NCBI GenBank assembly: GCA_964035545.1
Contig: OZ037766.1
Location: forward strand, 21,440,767-21,504,766
Direction of reading: 5' to 3'
Source: Bugula neritina
Taxonomy: Eukaryota; Animalia; Bryozoa
Length of the DNA stretch: 64,000 nucleotides
The notes beneath the pieces were generated by a model that was not told where the DNA came from, searched no databases, and saw only the letters and a list, made by a program, of their open reading frames with translations. Both the position numbers and the translations under genes were made by a program. Positions 1 to 12,130 of this stretch are shown piece after piece. How positions within the stretch are numbered: position 1 is the stretch's first letter; each line of letters begins with the position of its first letter.

Positions 1-436
1 GATTTTATTACCATTTCCTGTCAAGTAAAATAATGAGGTGGGTAATAAACATATATAGTCCTACTGACTATGAGATAGGTAGGTAAGACTGGTCAATAGA
101 ACCCATGGCTATTTATGTACAGGCTGCTGTACCTGTTAGCTGGTCAGTTACACTATAGGATTAGCTAGTAGATTATCAGTATTATATATTAATTATCATA
201 ACTTTACATTGAAATAATGAATATTCTGAGAAAATACTGTTATTGTGTTATGTAATCTTATTCGGACTATAAAGAATTAAACTCATTTTCTATTTCTCCT
301 CATAACATACTCTTATACTGATATAGTTGTATATGTTTGTTGGGCTGTAGCTTTACTTTAGTTCCTTATCGTTTATTGTTCTGTGTAATGATTACATCGA
401 ATGACAATTTTCAACATATTTGCGATGTATAACGTG

Positions 437-586
437 CAATAATGGAGAAATTGAGAAAAGCATGTGTTTTAGATTAGAAATGTAGCATAAGAATTTATGT
501 GCTTGCAAGAATTTCAACCAGTGCTCCAAACCAAAATTTAATAATAAAATTAAAGAACTTAGGCCATCTTAATTTCTCTGCTACTG
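437..586 (+). mobile_element. MITE family A copy (TIR CAGTRRTGGAGAAATT)
   Basis: caataatggagaaattgag...aagaacttaggccatcttaatttctctgctactg; homologous to copies at 4912, 7363 and 60205. Confidence 0.65.
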
Positions 587-821
587 CTCCTAAATGCTTT
601 TTGCATAACTAATTAGTCCATGACATGTAATATCATAAAAAATACCACTATGTTTGTCATTTTAAACTTTAGCATTATGCATTAATTATATATTTAATTA
701 CAATAGTAATAAATATAACCTTATTACATAATTTACCAGTATCATTGATGCACTACAGCTAAAATATATTCTTATGGTGTTTTGTAGGTATATATACCAA
801 AGCAAGACAAAGTGATATAAC

Positions 822-3205
822 ATGTTGAGGAAAAGGCTATTCTGGAACAAACTATTCAATTACTATGGGCTGCAATGCCTGACCAAGATTTCGTTAGGGG
901 GGCTAGTTACACTGCTGCTTTACTTGACTTGGTCGAGGCAGCAACAGAAGGCACCGAGAGAAAGAATCAGACCAGGAGACTTAAGGTTGACGGTTTTACA
1001 TGGTCAGAAGACTACTGCTATAGATCCTCATATCTTTGTCTTGCGGCAGCAGGCGTTGGAGCAATATTGTGCAGAAGTAAACCTCACAGCGATTCCATCA
1101 CCTTCTAATATCCTTTTCTCTAAAAGACTTCCTCTAGCTTATTGTCCGTTATCTATGGCTGCCAGCACACCTCTCAAATATGCCCTCTTACAGGCTGAAG
1201 GTATAAAAATATACTCTCATAAGCTATATAACACTTCCCTAAAGCAAGCTATACACAGTGACGCTCAAAAGATAGCTTTACATCATTCTCCGGAAAAGTT
1301 GAATGGTCGTGCGGACATACTTCTGGTTGTGAGAGACCCATGGCAACGTCTCATATCTTTGTATCAAAGATTTGTAGAAAGGAGTAAATCTGGCAACTCA
1401 TTTCAAAGTAAACACTGTAGGAATTTATTACAGACACAAAGCTACATAACATTTAACTTATTTCTTGACTGCATTATCAAAAGTGTGGATACAGGGGCCA
1501 AGCTAACAAAAAGTCTGCAACCAATATATTTAACATGTGCCCTGTGCAAACTCAAATATACAAAAATAGGTAAGTTTTATTGACACTATCTCTCACAAAA
1601 TATGGTTGTTACTTGGAAAGAAAGTTGAACATCTTTGCCGTTACTTACAAAAATGGTATACCATTTAAACAAAGCTATGAGACATCTGAAAATATCTTGC
1701 AGCAATTTTTTAATTAGTGTAGAGCTAGCAAAGAAGTAGAAGTAAAGTCTGAATTGCACAACTCAAGTAACACAATACAGGTGTTATAGGCTATAATAGA
1801 GTCTATTGTTTTAGTTAAACTTGACAAGGAGTTTAGCTTCAAAAAAGATTTGATGGAAATACTTTTATTTTAATTTATCTACTATAATGTATACAAATCC
1901 AATTTAGCTAAACCACAGGTTATCATTAGTACAAAGTTAATTTTACTCAACAAAACTATTGATGGCCAAAAAAAATTAAAATTTCTGCCACCACAACTTT
2001 TAGCAGGCGTAGTTAATTTGATTTTTTAGAATATATGTAAATAGTTGTTGAAAAGAATCTTTCTTATTTTATGTGTAACATATATAGCTGTATATGTACA
2101 TTATATAGCTGTAATGTACATTATAAAGTTTAGTAGTTTGAACCCCATGAGAGTGATTAATGATATTAGAAAGGAAATTCAGTCAAAACTGCTTCTGCAC
2201 CACTTTTAAGTCTACAAGAGATGATAATTTTTGCCATTGCTTGAAGAAAAAGTTATCCTTTTAAAAGCTTAACATGTGGTTTTTAGGGAGAGTATGAGTA
2301 ATTATATAAATATAGTAATATAAAGTTCTGAGTGTTTTTTTATTGAAAGTTATTTTTTTACAAGGTATTGACTAGTTTAAAGTATTGAAAAGTCAACAAT
2401 GCAAATAATATCAATAATTAGCAGCTTGTTGCCTTTTTGCACAGGTTTTTTCAACTTTTCTTAGAAATAGTTTTAATATTATACATAAGAAAATGTTGAC
2501 AACGGCTGAGAGGCTAAATTTACTTGAATGATTTTTAAAAAACGTCAAGTTGAACTTAAGCTATTGCTAAACATTTCAAGTAGTTTTGTATTTCAACAGC
2601 AGAAGCTCTTTGTGGGTTTGCATTACACAGCTGTAGAGCTGCAAAACTCTAATTAAATAAATGAACTGTTTTGTTTAATTTATAAATGTTTTGGATTAAG
2701 TGTTATATAGTTGGAGAGTCCTCAGGGAACCGGGACAGACTTGTTGGAGTCAGTATAATATTACATTTCATTTAGTAGCTGAGAAAAAGCTTGCACAAAT
2801 GCATGTTTATTCAAGCATATTATGTGTATCTAAAAAATTCCATACTAGGTATAAAACATTATATAATTAAATATACTATTCGTTATTTGCTAATATGATT
2901 AAATTAACAAAATTTTAGATTATTTGATATAGTATTAGTAAGTGGTTTATTTTGTGTTATGTTTGTTAGCCAAAAATATTACTTAAATTTCGAAAGAATT
3001 AAGACAGTATATATGTTGAGTTGCTACGCTCATGCAATATAACTGAAACAAAATTTGGCCAAACAATTAAATTTTTGGAGAGAAAGTTGTTTTAGCAGTC
3101 TACAGATAATTTAATAGCACAATTTATTATTGTGGTGTATCAATTGCAGCTAATTATTGATACCGATTACTTTTATGTTAGTATGGGAAAAGTTTATTGT
3201 TATTA

Positions 3206-3254
<49 letters not shown>

Positions 3255-3514
3255 CTATTGAAAACTATTATTTTAATTTTGTTCTTTTAGTTCGTTTTGA
3301 GAATTTAGACACTGAATTGAAAGCAGCATTTAAACAAGCACCAAGGAAGCTTCAGCTCCAAACCTTTATAGACTCCTTCACTTCCTGTCCAGTAAATAGG
3401 TCAAAGCCGTACAACCTACAGCCTTATCTACAACACATTAGCTCTAGTACTAAGCATAGAATACAGCAAATCTATAAACTTGACTTTGAGATTTTCGGAT
3501 ATGTGCCATTTTAG
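822..3514 (+). CDS. Carbohydrate sulfotransferase family (Sulfotransfer_2, CHST8-14/HNK-1ST-like) type II membrane protein, 323 aa; exons 822-1569, 3291-3514
   Basis: N-terminal basic residues plus a TM segment (ISLGGLVTLLLYLTW); 3'-PB motif VVRDPWQRLISLY; TF..FLD; C..C..Y..IVRFENL across the phase-1 GTAAGT...TTTTAG intron 1570-3290; C-terminal IYKLDFEIFGY typical of the family. An upstream acceptor tttgtag ends at 787. Confidence 0.85.
3212..3252. repeat. (TA)n microsatellite
   Basis: About 20 TA units, ending 38 nt upstream of the sulfotransferase exon 2 acceptor. Confidence 0.95.
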
Positions 3515-4494
3515 CCTGAATTACTGATTATATTACATATAATGATTTATTTAATTTTACCACTTTTGCTTCTTGAGCTATTGATAAAATATTTTTTTAT
3601 AGTAGATCATATTTATAACTGTATATCTTAAAATATATGTAATTCAATGTGGCACAGAAGATAGTAAAAAGTTAGGACATATATTATATATTATATTATA
3701 TTATATGATATATTATAATAGAAATTAGGCTAGCTGGCCTATTCTTGAATAGCTTGTTACAACATAAAATTTGTATTTTCTTATTATCTGGTTGAGTAGT
3801 TGCATTTCTATAGGTATTATGCTTTAGGGTCTGTATGGTTTTGTTCTCAGCAGTCATAATTTCCTTTGAATGGGGAGACAACTAACAAGTCGTGCATGAT
3901 AACCTAACTATGATGAATGAAATTATGGATTTTTATTTTATCTACTGTATTGCAGCTATTAAAGGTGCAGTTTGATAAATAATTTTACCTTGCAGATCTT
4001 TATATGACGAAACAGAATTTATATACCAAATAAAATGTTGGAGAATAATTGAGCATGTCGCATAAAAGAAAATAAAGTTGATTTGAATAAAAAGTAGTGC
4101 TAAAACATGTGGTATAAGCAGCTAAACTACTGTTTTAAACTCCTACATAAATAATTAGAGTGTATTTAATATTCATAGTACTTAATCCAATAACTATTCA
4201 CTAGTTTTTAGATAATTTACTACGCCCTTAAAACACAAATAAAATATTTCTATAACCTGCATAAGTGGTTCTTTAATTAGTTTGCATGTTTGTAGAGTTT
4301 TAGGCTATGGACAGGGCTATAAATTGCCCTTAAAAAGCCAGATGTTGCTCCTAAAAATCTGGTATGTACAAAAAATAAATATTAGTGCTATAATACTATG
4401 CAATAAATCATCTACAATAAATAAACAGGGATAATCGTTAGCAAGTATAAATAAAAGGATTGTATTATAAACCAAAAGTCAGATTTCTAACCAC

Positions 4495-7400
4495 TCATTG
4501 CCGAGTAGTAACCGGGGTAGACTCTGCTGTTATGCACCCAATTCGCTCAGCCTGGAGAGAAGGGGGAGCAACTCTAACTCTCTCTGGTTTTGGCTGTAAA
4601 GAGTCCAGTATTTCCTCCATGGTTGGCCGCAGACGTCTCTTTTGAACCAACTCTGGACTTCTAGGCAGAAGTTCCTGGGAAGGTTTGCATTCAGATTTCT
4701 CCCAAAGAGGTGGTAGGCGGCTCATTTCCTCCTCGTTTAGCGGAATAAAGATACTTGAGGCAACTTCCTCAGGAATCGGAACTAAGTTAAATACTTTATC
4801 AGACCATTTCAACTAAAAATAAATCAATGTCATTTCTTGTTCACACATGAATATATTTTTATTATCGATCACCATTTACATGCTCGAAGTACTGCTTTTA
4901 AATTTTAGGAACAGTGGTGGAGAAATTGAGATAGCCTAAGTTCTTTAATTTTTCTATTAAATCTTAGTTTAGGCGCAAATTAAAATTCTTTTGCAGTATT
5001 TCTAATCTAGAATACAGGCTTTTCTCAATTTCTCCATTACTGCACTTACCTCGCTGTTAAATGTAGAAATGAAGGATTTTACTTATATAGCCTGGGTTTA
5101 TATTTTCTGGTTTAAGTTTTGTAGCAGCTGATTACTTTACTTGCAATCAGAGAACCCTTATTTGCTAAAACCAGTGTCGGTAAAAATGTACAACAACTGA
5201 GATGCTTCTGTTTTATGACCATTAGTCACGTTTAATGCAGTGTGTTCCATCCATCGCCAGTACTATCATGATTACTATTCTGTCCACTCCTAACAATGTA
5301 ACTTGAGTGAAAGTGTAATGTTTCTATTTCTACCTAACCTAGCTAAATGCACAAGAAGCGCTATAATTAGCATCACAATAATAAAAAATAAGATAAAATC
5401 TTTACAGTCAAGCAAAATATATAAACTTAACTCTTCAAAAATTGCATAAACAAAATTTTACATATATTATTATTTATGGATTTGTAGCAAAACTTAGTTG
5501 ATCTGTCATACTTGGAAGTCAAAGATAGAATTGTCCTTAGCTGCCACATAATATTGTTACATCATTAGAAAGTTTTGAAATTAGCTGAATATGCCCAGCA
5601 TAAAAATAAGTACTTTGAAAGTAACTTTTATAATATAGAAAGACAAACGATTTGATAAATCTAACAGGTTATATGGATAATTGAAAGCACAATGCAGATT
5701 GAAGTTACAGGCTTTCTAATGATGCAAAAAGGTACTATAGATGACAGATCTTAAACTAGTTTAACCAAGAAAAATCATGAGCATAAAGTTCCTTAGTATC
5801 AAAGGAGGTCAACATCAATTACATCAAAGTCCCAGTTTCCACAGTTTTCGAGATTAGGAAAGACAACTCTTACCTTATCATTGATGTAGTATTTGATATA
5901 GTTCTCATTAGCAGAGCTTGTCCACTGGGGGAAATTGGCGTTTGACCAATCATCATATCTGACAATGAGTGACTCTTGCAGCTCAGTTTGGTCAACATAC
6001 TCTCCATGACTGTAGTACTCAATGTATGGGTGTAGGAATGATGCACAACGGTTGGTGGAAAAGTCTGGTGCGTGAACATTGTCCACAGGTGCAGCCGTAG
6101 CACCAAACCTACAGTGTGAATAATATCTTATGTAAAATGAGTCCAATTTCTATAATGCAACATTGAAAATTGTTATCTTACAGACACTTCATATTGAGTT
6201 GTGCATCATGCATTCTATTAGCAAAAGATATGTGGAAAGTGTTTCACTTACTTGTCAAAGCCATATGATAGATGTAAAAGAAAGACATGCTTAGCATCTT
6301 TGAACTCAGGTTTCTCCATAACATGTCTGAATGGTAGATCAGTATAGTATTTAGTGACGCCAGTTTTCTCATCAAACACCATCACATCACACATGAAGCC
6401 ATTCATCTGGTAGAGTGAGTCACTGATAGTACATCTCTCTATAAATATGCAGGCAGCTATTTAATTGTAGTTACAGAAACAGCCAGGAATGCATTCAAAG
6501 AAAGTCAAATCTCCCTTATCACTGGAATTCTTTGAGCAGCTAATTATATGATAAAAATAACACAAACCGATTATCTTCTTAGAGACAGCATCCAGATCCT
6601 TCGTTGGCAAAGTTATATGAGGCAGTGATTGCTTGAACAGCCTCTGCTCCAGCAGGTTGAACAGAGTCCTGATATTGTATCTGAAGCCGTGGATAAATCC
6701 GGATGCTGACTTTCTATCAATGGCTGCCATGGCTGTTCCGATGTAGAACAGATTCTTGGTGTCCGTCTCCCAGCAGTTGCTCAGTTTGGGGTACCTGTTG
6801 TTCTTAACCAGCTCTGCAATTGACAGCCTTAGGCTAAATGTTAGCCTAAGTTCATTGCAAGAACTTAGGCTAACATTTAAAACCAGGTCAAAAACCTAAC
6901 AGACATCAAGTGCAAAGTAATTTAAATTCCTTCATCAGTTTTCGAAAAATTTAAAGCTAAATCAACTGCATTGTTTATAATAAAAATTATGCACCTGTAT
7001 ACATGCATTTAGCCCTAATAAACCTACCAACACTGATTGTCTCCTCATCAAACAATTGAGTGTTGACATATCGCCAGCCCATGCAGCTGATCACATGATC
7101 ATACTCCATGTTAAATAACAGCCAGCCTGGCACTTTCCACTGAGTGTTCAGATCCTTAAATGTAACAACAAATTTTCCTTTCTCATTTTTTACAATCTTC
7201 GTCACAAGGCTTCCAATAGTTGAATGCAACGACTTCAAGTGGTACATGTCGATAATATTGTTGTTCACTGCTCTCAGGTCACCTGCAAAAGTAGTGTACA
7301 AGCTCTCTTGGCCACAGTTGCATAAAATTAGAGCCGAGAACAAGAAATGTGAGAGGTAGGTGCAGTAATGGAGAATTGAGAATAAACCTGTGTTCTAGGT

Positions 7401-10400
7401 TAGCAAAACAAGCTATGTTCTCAGGAGAATTTCAACCCGTGCCATAAACCAAAATTTAGTAACAAAATTAAAAAGCTTAGATTATTAAAATTTCTGCACC
7501 GCTGCACCTAAACGCTGCACCTAAACCTGCACCTAAACGAAATGTTATCAACGAATATACTATAATTGACTGAGCAAAAAGGAAAAGAAAACTCAAGTAA
7601 ATTTTCTGTAACCACAGAATTATTAGTGACAGTGACAAGTATAAAAGCAGACACGGCAGAGGCTGATCAATCATGAGGGTTAATTACTTTTAAATAATTT
7701 TTTCATCCTGATAAAAAACAGAAAAAACTTGAAACAGTCTGCATCTAGAGGAGAACTTTAGAAGAGTCGCAGACTGTGTAATTATCTTGCACATTCTTTC
7801 TTACCAACATGGTGAGTATTCCAGGCAAACTGTATCCTTTTGTTGAAAGCCACATGGACTATACCAGCTGACCCAGCAAAATGATTAGCGGTCTCAAATG
7901 CAGAGTTGCCTCCTCCAATGATTAGAATCATCTTATTTTTGTAGAGGTCTTTGTCCATGTCGTGTTTACTGTAAGTGTCAGCGAGTTCAATTCCTGTAAA
8001 TATAATGAATAATATTATTTATGACACTCATACATTCCATAACTTTAGTACATCGTACAATGTGTCTGTTGCAGCTGCACGTCAGACCAAAATCTTGTAG
8101 TTTGATGGCAAAATGCCTGATTTCGGTAAAAGATTTCCCTAAAACATGTTAGTTGAAATATCATGCCTGCATCTACTAATGACTGATTTATAATTACGTT
8201 AATTAGTTTGTTACAAGTAGAAGTTGTTCTAGAAATCAACAGTGGAGTAATCTTTGAAAGAAAAGTATGTTTGGCATTTAATTATAGTTGTATTTTGCAA
8301 AGTATGTTACAAAATTATTTTTTAAAATCTCAGCAATGTGGCTTTTTAACTAGTTTATTTAAAAAACAAGTAATAAAGTTTAAATGAGAGCAATTATAAT
8401 TAATAACGACATAATATTGAAATATTGAGATGTAGAACTGCAACAAATAAGATATGCCATCAGTCACTGGATGCATGACATCTTTGTGACCAATTATATT
8501 AATTGTATCTTTTTCAATTATCTTTTATCTAAATGGCATTCTTTACTCATAAATTAGCATACTAATCAAAACAGTGCTTAAACAATGTAAAGCTGGCTAT
8601 CTTGTTTGAGCCAGATAGAAACATGACGGACAAAAGAATTAAAGTTGTCATCAAAATAAATCTCAACTGGAAATCATAGATCATGCTTTTTATTAATATC
8701 ATTCAGGTATTTCTTGGTACTGTCCACTGCACCTAACTTAATGGCAATTTGACTAGTTATCAACATAACATTACAATATAAAATACAATCCATTATTCAG
8801 ATATTCTAGGGCTCTGACATAAACATTGGAAGATTTCTATGAGTTCAATTAAACTGGTAAGAGATATAAAATATTTTATGACCGTATTTAGCCATGCCAC
8901 CTGAAATTCGTCAGTAAATCCACAAAGTCGAGCATTGATGAACATGGTTGCAGTTGATAAGAAACATGTTTTTAGCTAAGAGGTGAACGCTTGAAGAAGC
9001 AGCAAGTATTTGCATTATATAGCCGATTAGCATGGACAGAGAAGATTTAAAGGACCTTTTTTTAGCATTTTATGAGATCTTAATGCATATAACAGAGTAT
9101 AAAGACTGCCCTCCTGTCTTAATGTTAGTGTAGATTAACTCATGCTATATATATATGCTGTTTAAGATCTAAGTTATTTTTATGTATTGTAATTTAGGAG
9201 AAAAGTCAGTAAATTGTTCTCATAAGATATTGCAAGCATCAAATTCTGTATGGTATGCCAGTGTGACACAAACATGTATAAAGTTAAGTCTTAGTTTCTT
9301 CTAAAACTTGAAAGTGGCCGTGATATAGCTGTGTCAAAGTGGTTAGTTTACTGTTCTATAAGAGAACTAATAGAAAGTCTTAGAACATTTGCTAAACTTT
9401 TCAGAACTAAAGCTATTCCAATCAACAGAGACTGTTTCAGTCGAATGCATGCTGGAGACATGTCAAAAGCTCAACCACCTTATAGAAAGAGTTGGCACAT
9501 TGTGGAGCACTTGCTTCCTTGTCAACAGTATCCAGACGACTCACTAGAGCTATTACCTCACCACAAATCTTGCCATTTAATAACAAAAGGGTAGCCTATG
9601 ATAGTTGTAATTTATTTTTCTTATTGTGTGGGATCAGGAATAGACTGATGATTGCATGGGGTTTGGTGAGTTAAGGTTAACCTCCATGTGGAAATGAAAA
9701 GTATTTAACTCTGAGTTCAAAGATTGTTTTGGTTGAAAAGATTGCTAAAAAGGCAAGAAAGCAGGCAGTCATTTAAGACGGTTTTCAAACTCAAAGCTAT
9801 TTGACAGAATGCTGCAAGTTAATCGCATGTTTATACCAACATCCTTATACTTTAACTGCAAAAAATACATAGATCCTAAATGCACATCTTAAACATCTTA
9901 GCTAGTATAATCTCGTCTTCCGCTAGTCATTCATTTTTTCATACATTTACAGATATTAATTTCCTTTAATAAATTATTGTTGAATGTAGCTCTATATTTT
10001 AAACTTAAACAAACTTGAATAATGAAATAGTTTAAACAGCATTTGCTACATGTATGATAAAGGAAGCAGGTCTTTATAACACTTGGTTATCATAGCGATA
10101 TGCAATTGAACATGTGCCAAAAATTTAATGTCATTCTGATGTAGTATAGAGTTGTCAACCCTTTTCTGAACCATCATACTACTTAATAATCAAATAATAT
10201 GCTAAAATTTCTCACCTTCTATGTCCTCGGGAAGGTTTTCACTCATCGCACCAGTTGCCATCAGCACACATGTTACTCTACAAAAAGTTGTCTCCCCATC
10301 TGCCTCTTCTATGCACACAGTAAAAGTGGAGTCAGGTTTACTTATCTTCTTTACTTTAGTGTTATACTTGATGTTCAGTTGGAATCGATGAGCGTAATCA

Positions 10401-12130
10401 TTAAGATACTGATGGAGGTCGCTGGCGTCAGGGTACAACTCATCAGAGTACTTGGTAAACTTCATCTCTTTGTCATCTGACAGCAGAGAGTTCCAGTCGT
10501 GTCTCATGTTGAATGTTTCTTCTTCAAAGAAGTTGTTCTTTTTGTTCAGAGAAATGAGTTTTCGGCTTCTGGGGTGCTGCTCAAAAAACTTGGCAGCTTT
10601 GTCTTGTGACTCATAGACGACATACTGGCGACCAGCCTTCTGCAAAAAGTAGGCCATTTGCAGACCAGCTGGCCCGGCTCCAACTATCACGTAGTCATAG
10701 TCAACTGGCTCACACCGTTCACCTAAAACACCAGCACCACTGCATCTGTGCCCATTTTGATGATATAAGTCAACTATGACAGTTCAAAAGTGGTACAGGA
10801 CATGGGCTTGTCCAGCTTATGAATTATTACATTATTATTATAATAATACAGTCTTGCTATTGTGATAATACTTTATATAAATTTATCAAGGTCGTTCTTT
10901 CTATAGTTCTTTCTAAGTGGGTTTAAAGGTTAGAGTTGGTGTCAGTGTGAGTCTAAAGTAAGTGTTAAACATTCAGTTACAATTTTGTTTTAGAAACATA
11001 ATGATTTGCATAAATCTATTAATACTCAGTTAATTAAAAGCAATATTTGCATTAGCAAAAACTTTCGAGTGTGTCTTACAACTATCATAGAATAGCATGC
11101 TTTTCCTGTTTAAATTTACACAGTTTTCGAGTATTACACAGTTTTCTATTCAAATTTTCAGCATAATTATTTTATATTAGCCATAAAAGAGAAATTTGTT
11201 TACTAATTTCATTCTGATTATAAATTGTTATTGTATTTAAAATATCCATAATGCACCTGCAGATGTTGCTAAGCTAAATAGAAAGAAGTACTATATAGCC
11301 ATACCTGTGCCATGCTGTGGAGCCATTTCTGGTATATTCTTGAATGGATATGTGATGTTATTCTGTAGATCTTTAAAATGTCATCAATTTAAAACAAATG
11401 CTCAGTTTACAGAAGAATAAATCTAAAGTGAACCTAAATAACTCACTAATGATACTTGGAGTAACCAGACAATTTTTATATACTTTGGCATAGCCAATAG
11501 CATTGCTGGTGATGATGACATGACCATTCTTATTGGCTAAAGCATGTCCTCAAACTGCAAGCACTATGCTAACGTAAGCAATGTTTATGTTGATCTCAAA
11601 TTTAGCACTTATTTCCACATTCTTGGATTCTAGATTATTTGAAAGGTCATAATTAGTAGCCTATAAAATGAAAATGCAGCTGTTCGTAACTTTTAATTAT
11701 TAGAAAAACTAGAAAGATGCTTGCCAGAAAGGATGTCTAAGCTTTATAACTACTTTGTAATTTTGCAATAATTTTAGCAGAAGTGTTTTTCAAATTCTTT
11801 GTGCCTAAACTTCAAACCGACAATTAGAAACCCAAACAGCTTGACGCGTAGAACTTAAGTGACATTTGCAACACATATTTTCTATTTCAGTGGTGCAAAA
11901 GGATAATCAATGCTTGACACCGCAGGTGTGGATGTTAAAACCCCAAATTAGTCTCAATACATTCTGTAGCAATTAGCAACATATCGGGGTTTAGTGATTA
12001 TTATAGGCTGAAAAGGTGGGAGAGCATTAATCATATAGACCTAACATACTGAAATACTCAACTCTAACAAAAATCATAGCGGTAAAATATTAAACTTAAA
12101 CTTTACCTTTTTAGTCAAACGATCAATCAT
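4495..12130 (-). CDS. FOXRED2: FAD-dependent oxidoreductase domain-containing protein 2 (FOXRED2/ERFAD)-like, about 672 aa; exons 12130-12107, 11362-11305, 10722-10216, 7993-7805, 7282-7028, 6813-6568, 6438-6252, 6108-5874, 4812-4495
   Basis: YDYVIVGAGPAGLQMAYFLQKAGR, RKLISLNK, RHDWNSLLS, GGGNSAFETA, HHVGDLRAVNN, RKSASGFIHGFRY and FLHP are FOXRED2 hallmark motifs. All introns are GT-AG with compatible phases and the exons total 2019 nt. The first two small exons are less certain; an alternative start is the ATG at 11326. Confidence 0.88.
4912..5042 (-). mobile_element. MITE family A copy
   Basis: cagtggtggagaaattgaga ... tctcaatttctccattactg, 20-bp TIR with 2 mismatches; lies in the last FOXRED2 intron. 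Confidence 0.75.
7363..7504 (+). mobile_element. MITE family A copy
   Basis: cagtaatggagaattgag...gaatttcaacc...aaccaaaattt...aatttctgcaccgctg, colinear with the 437-586 copy. Confidence 0.65.

Noticed and set aside
10723-10755. ATG at 10755 as the FOXRED2 start
   Set aside because: It meets an in-frame TAG after 10 codons; that TTTTAG is the splice acceptor.
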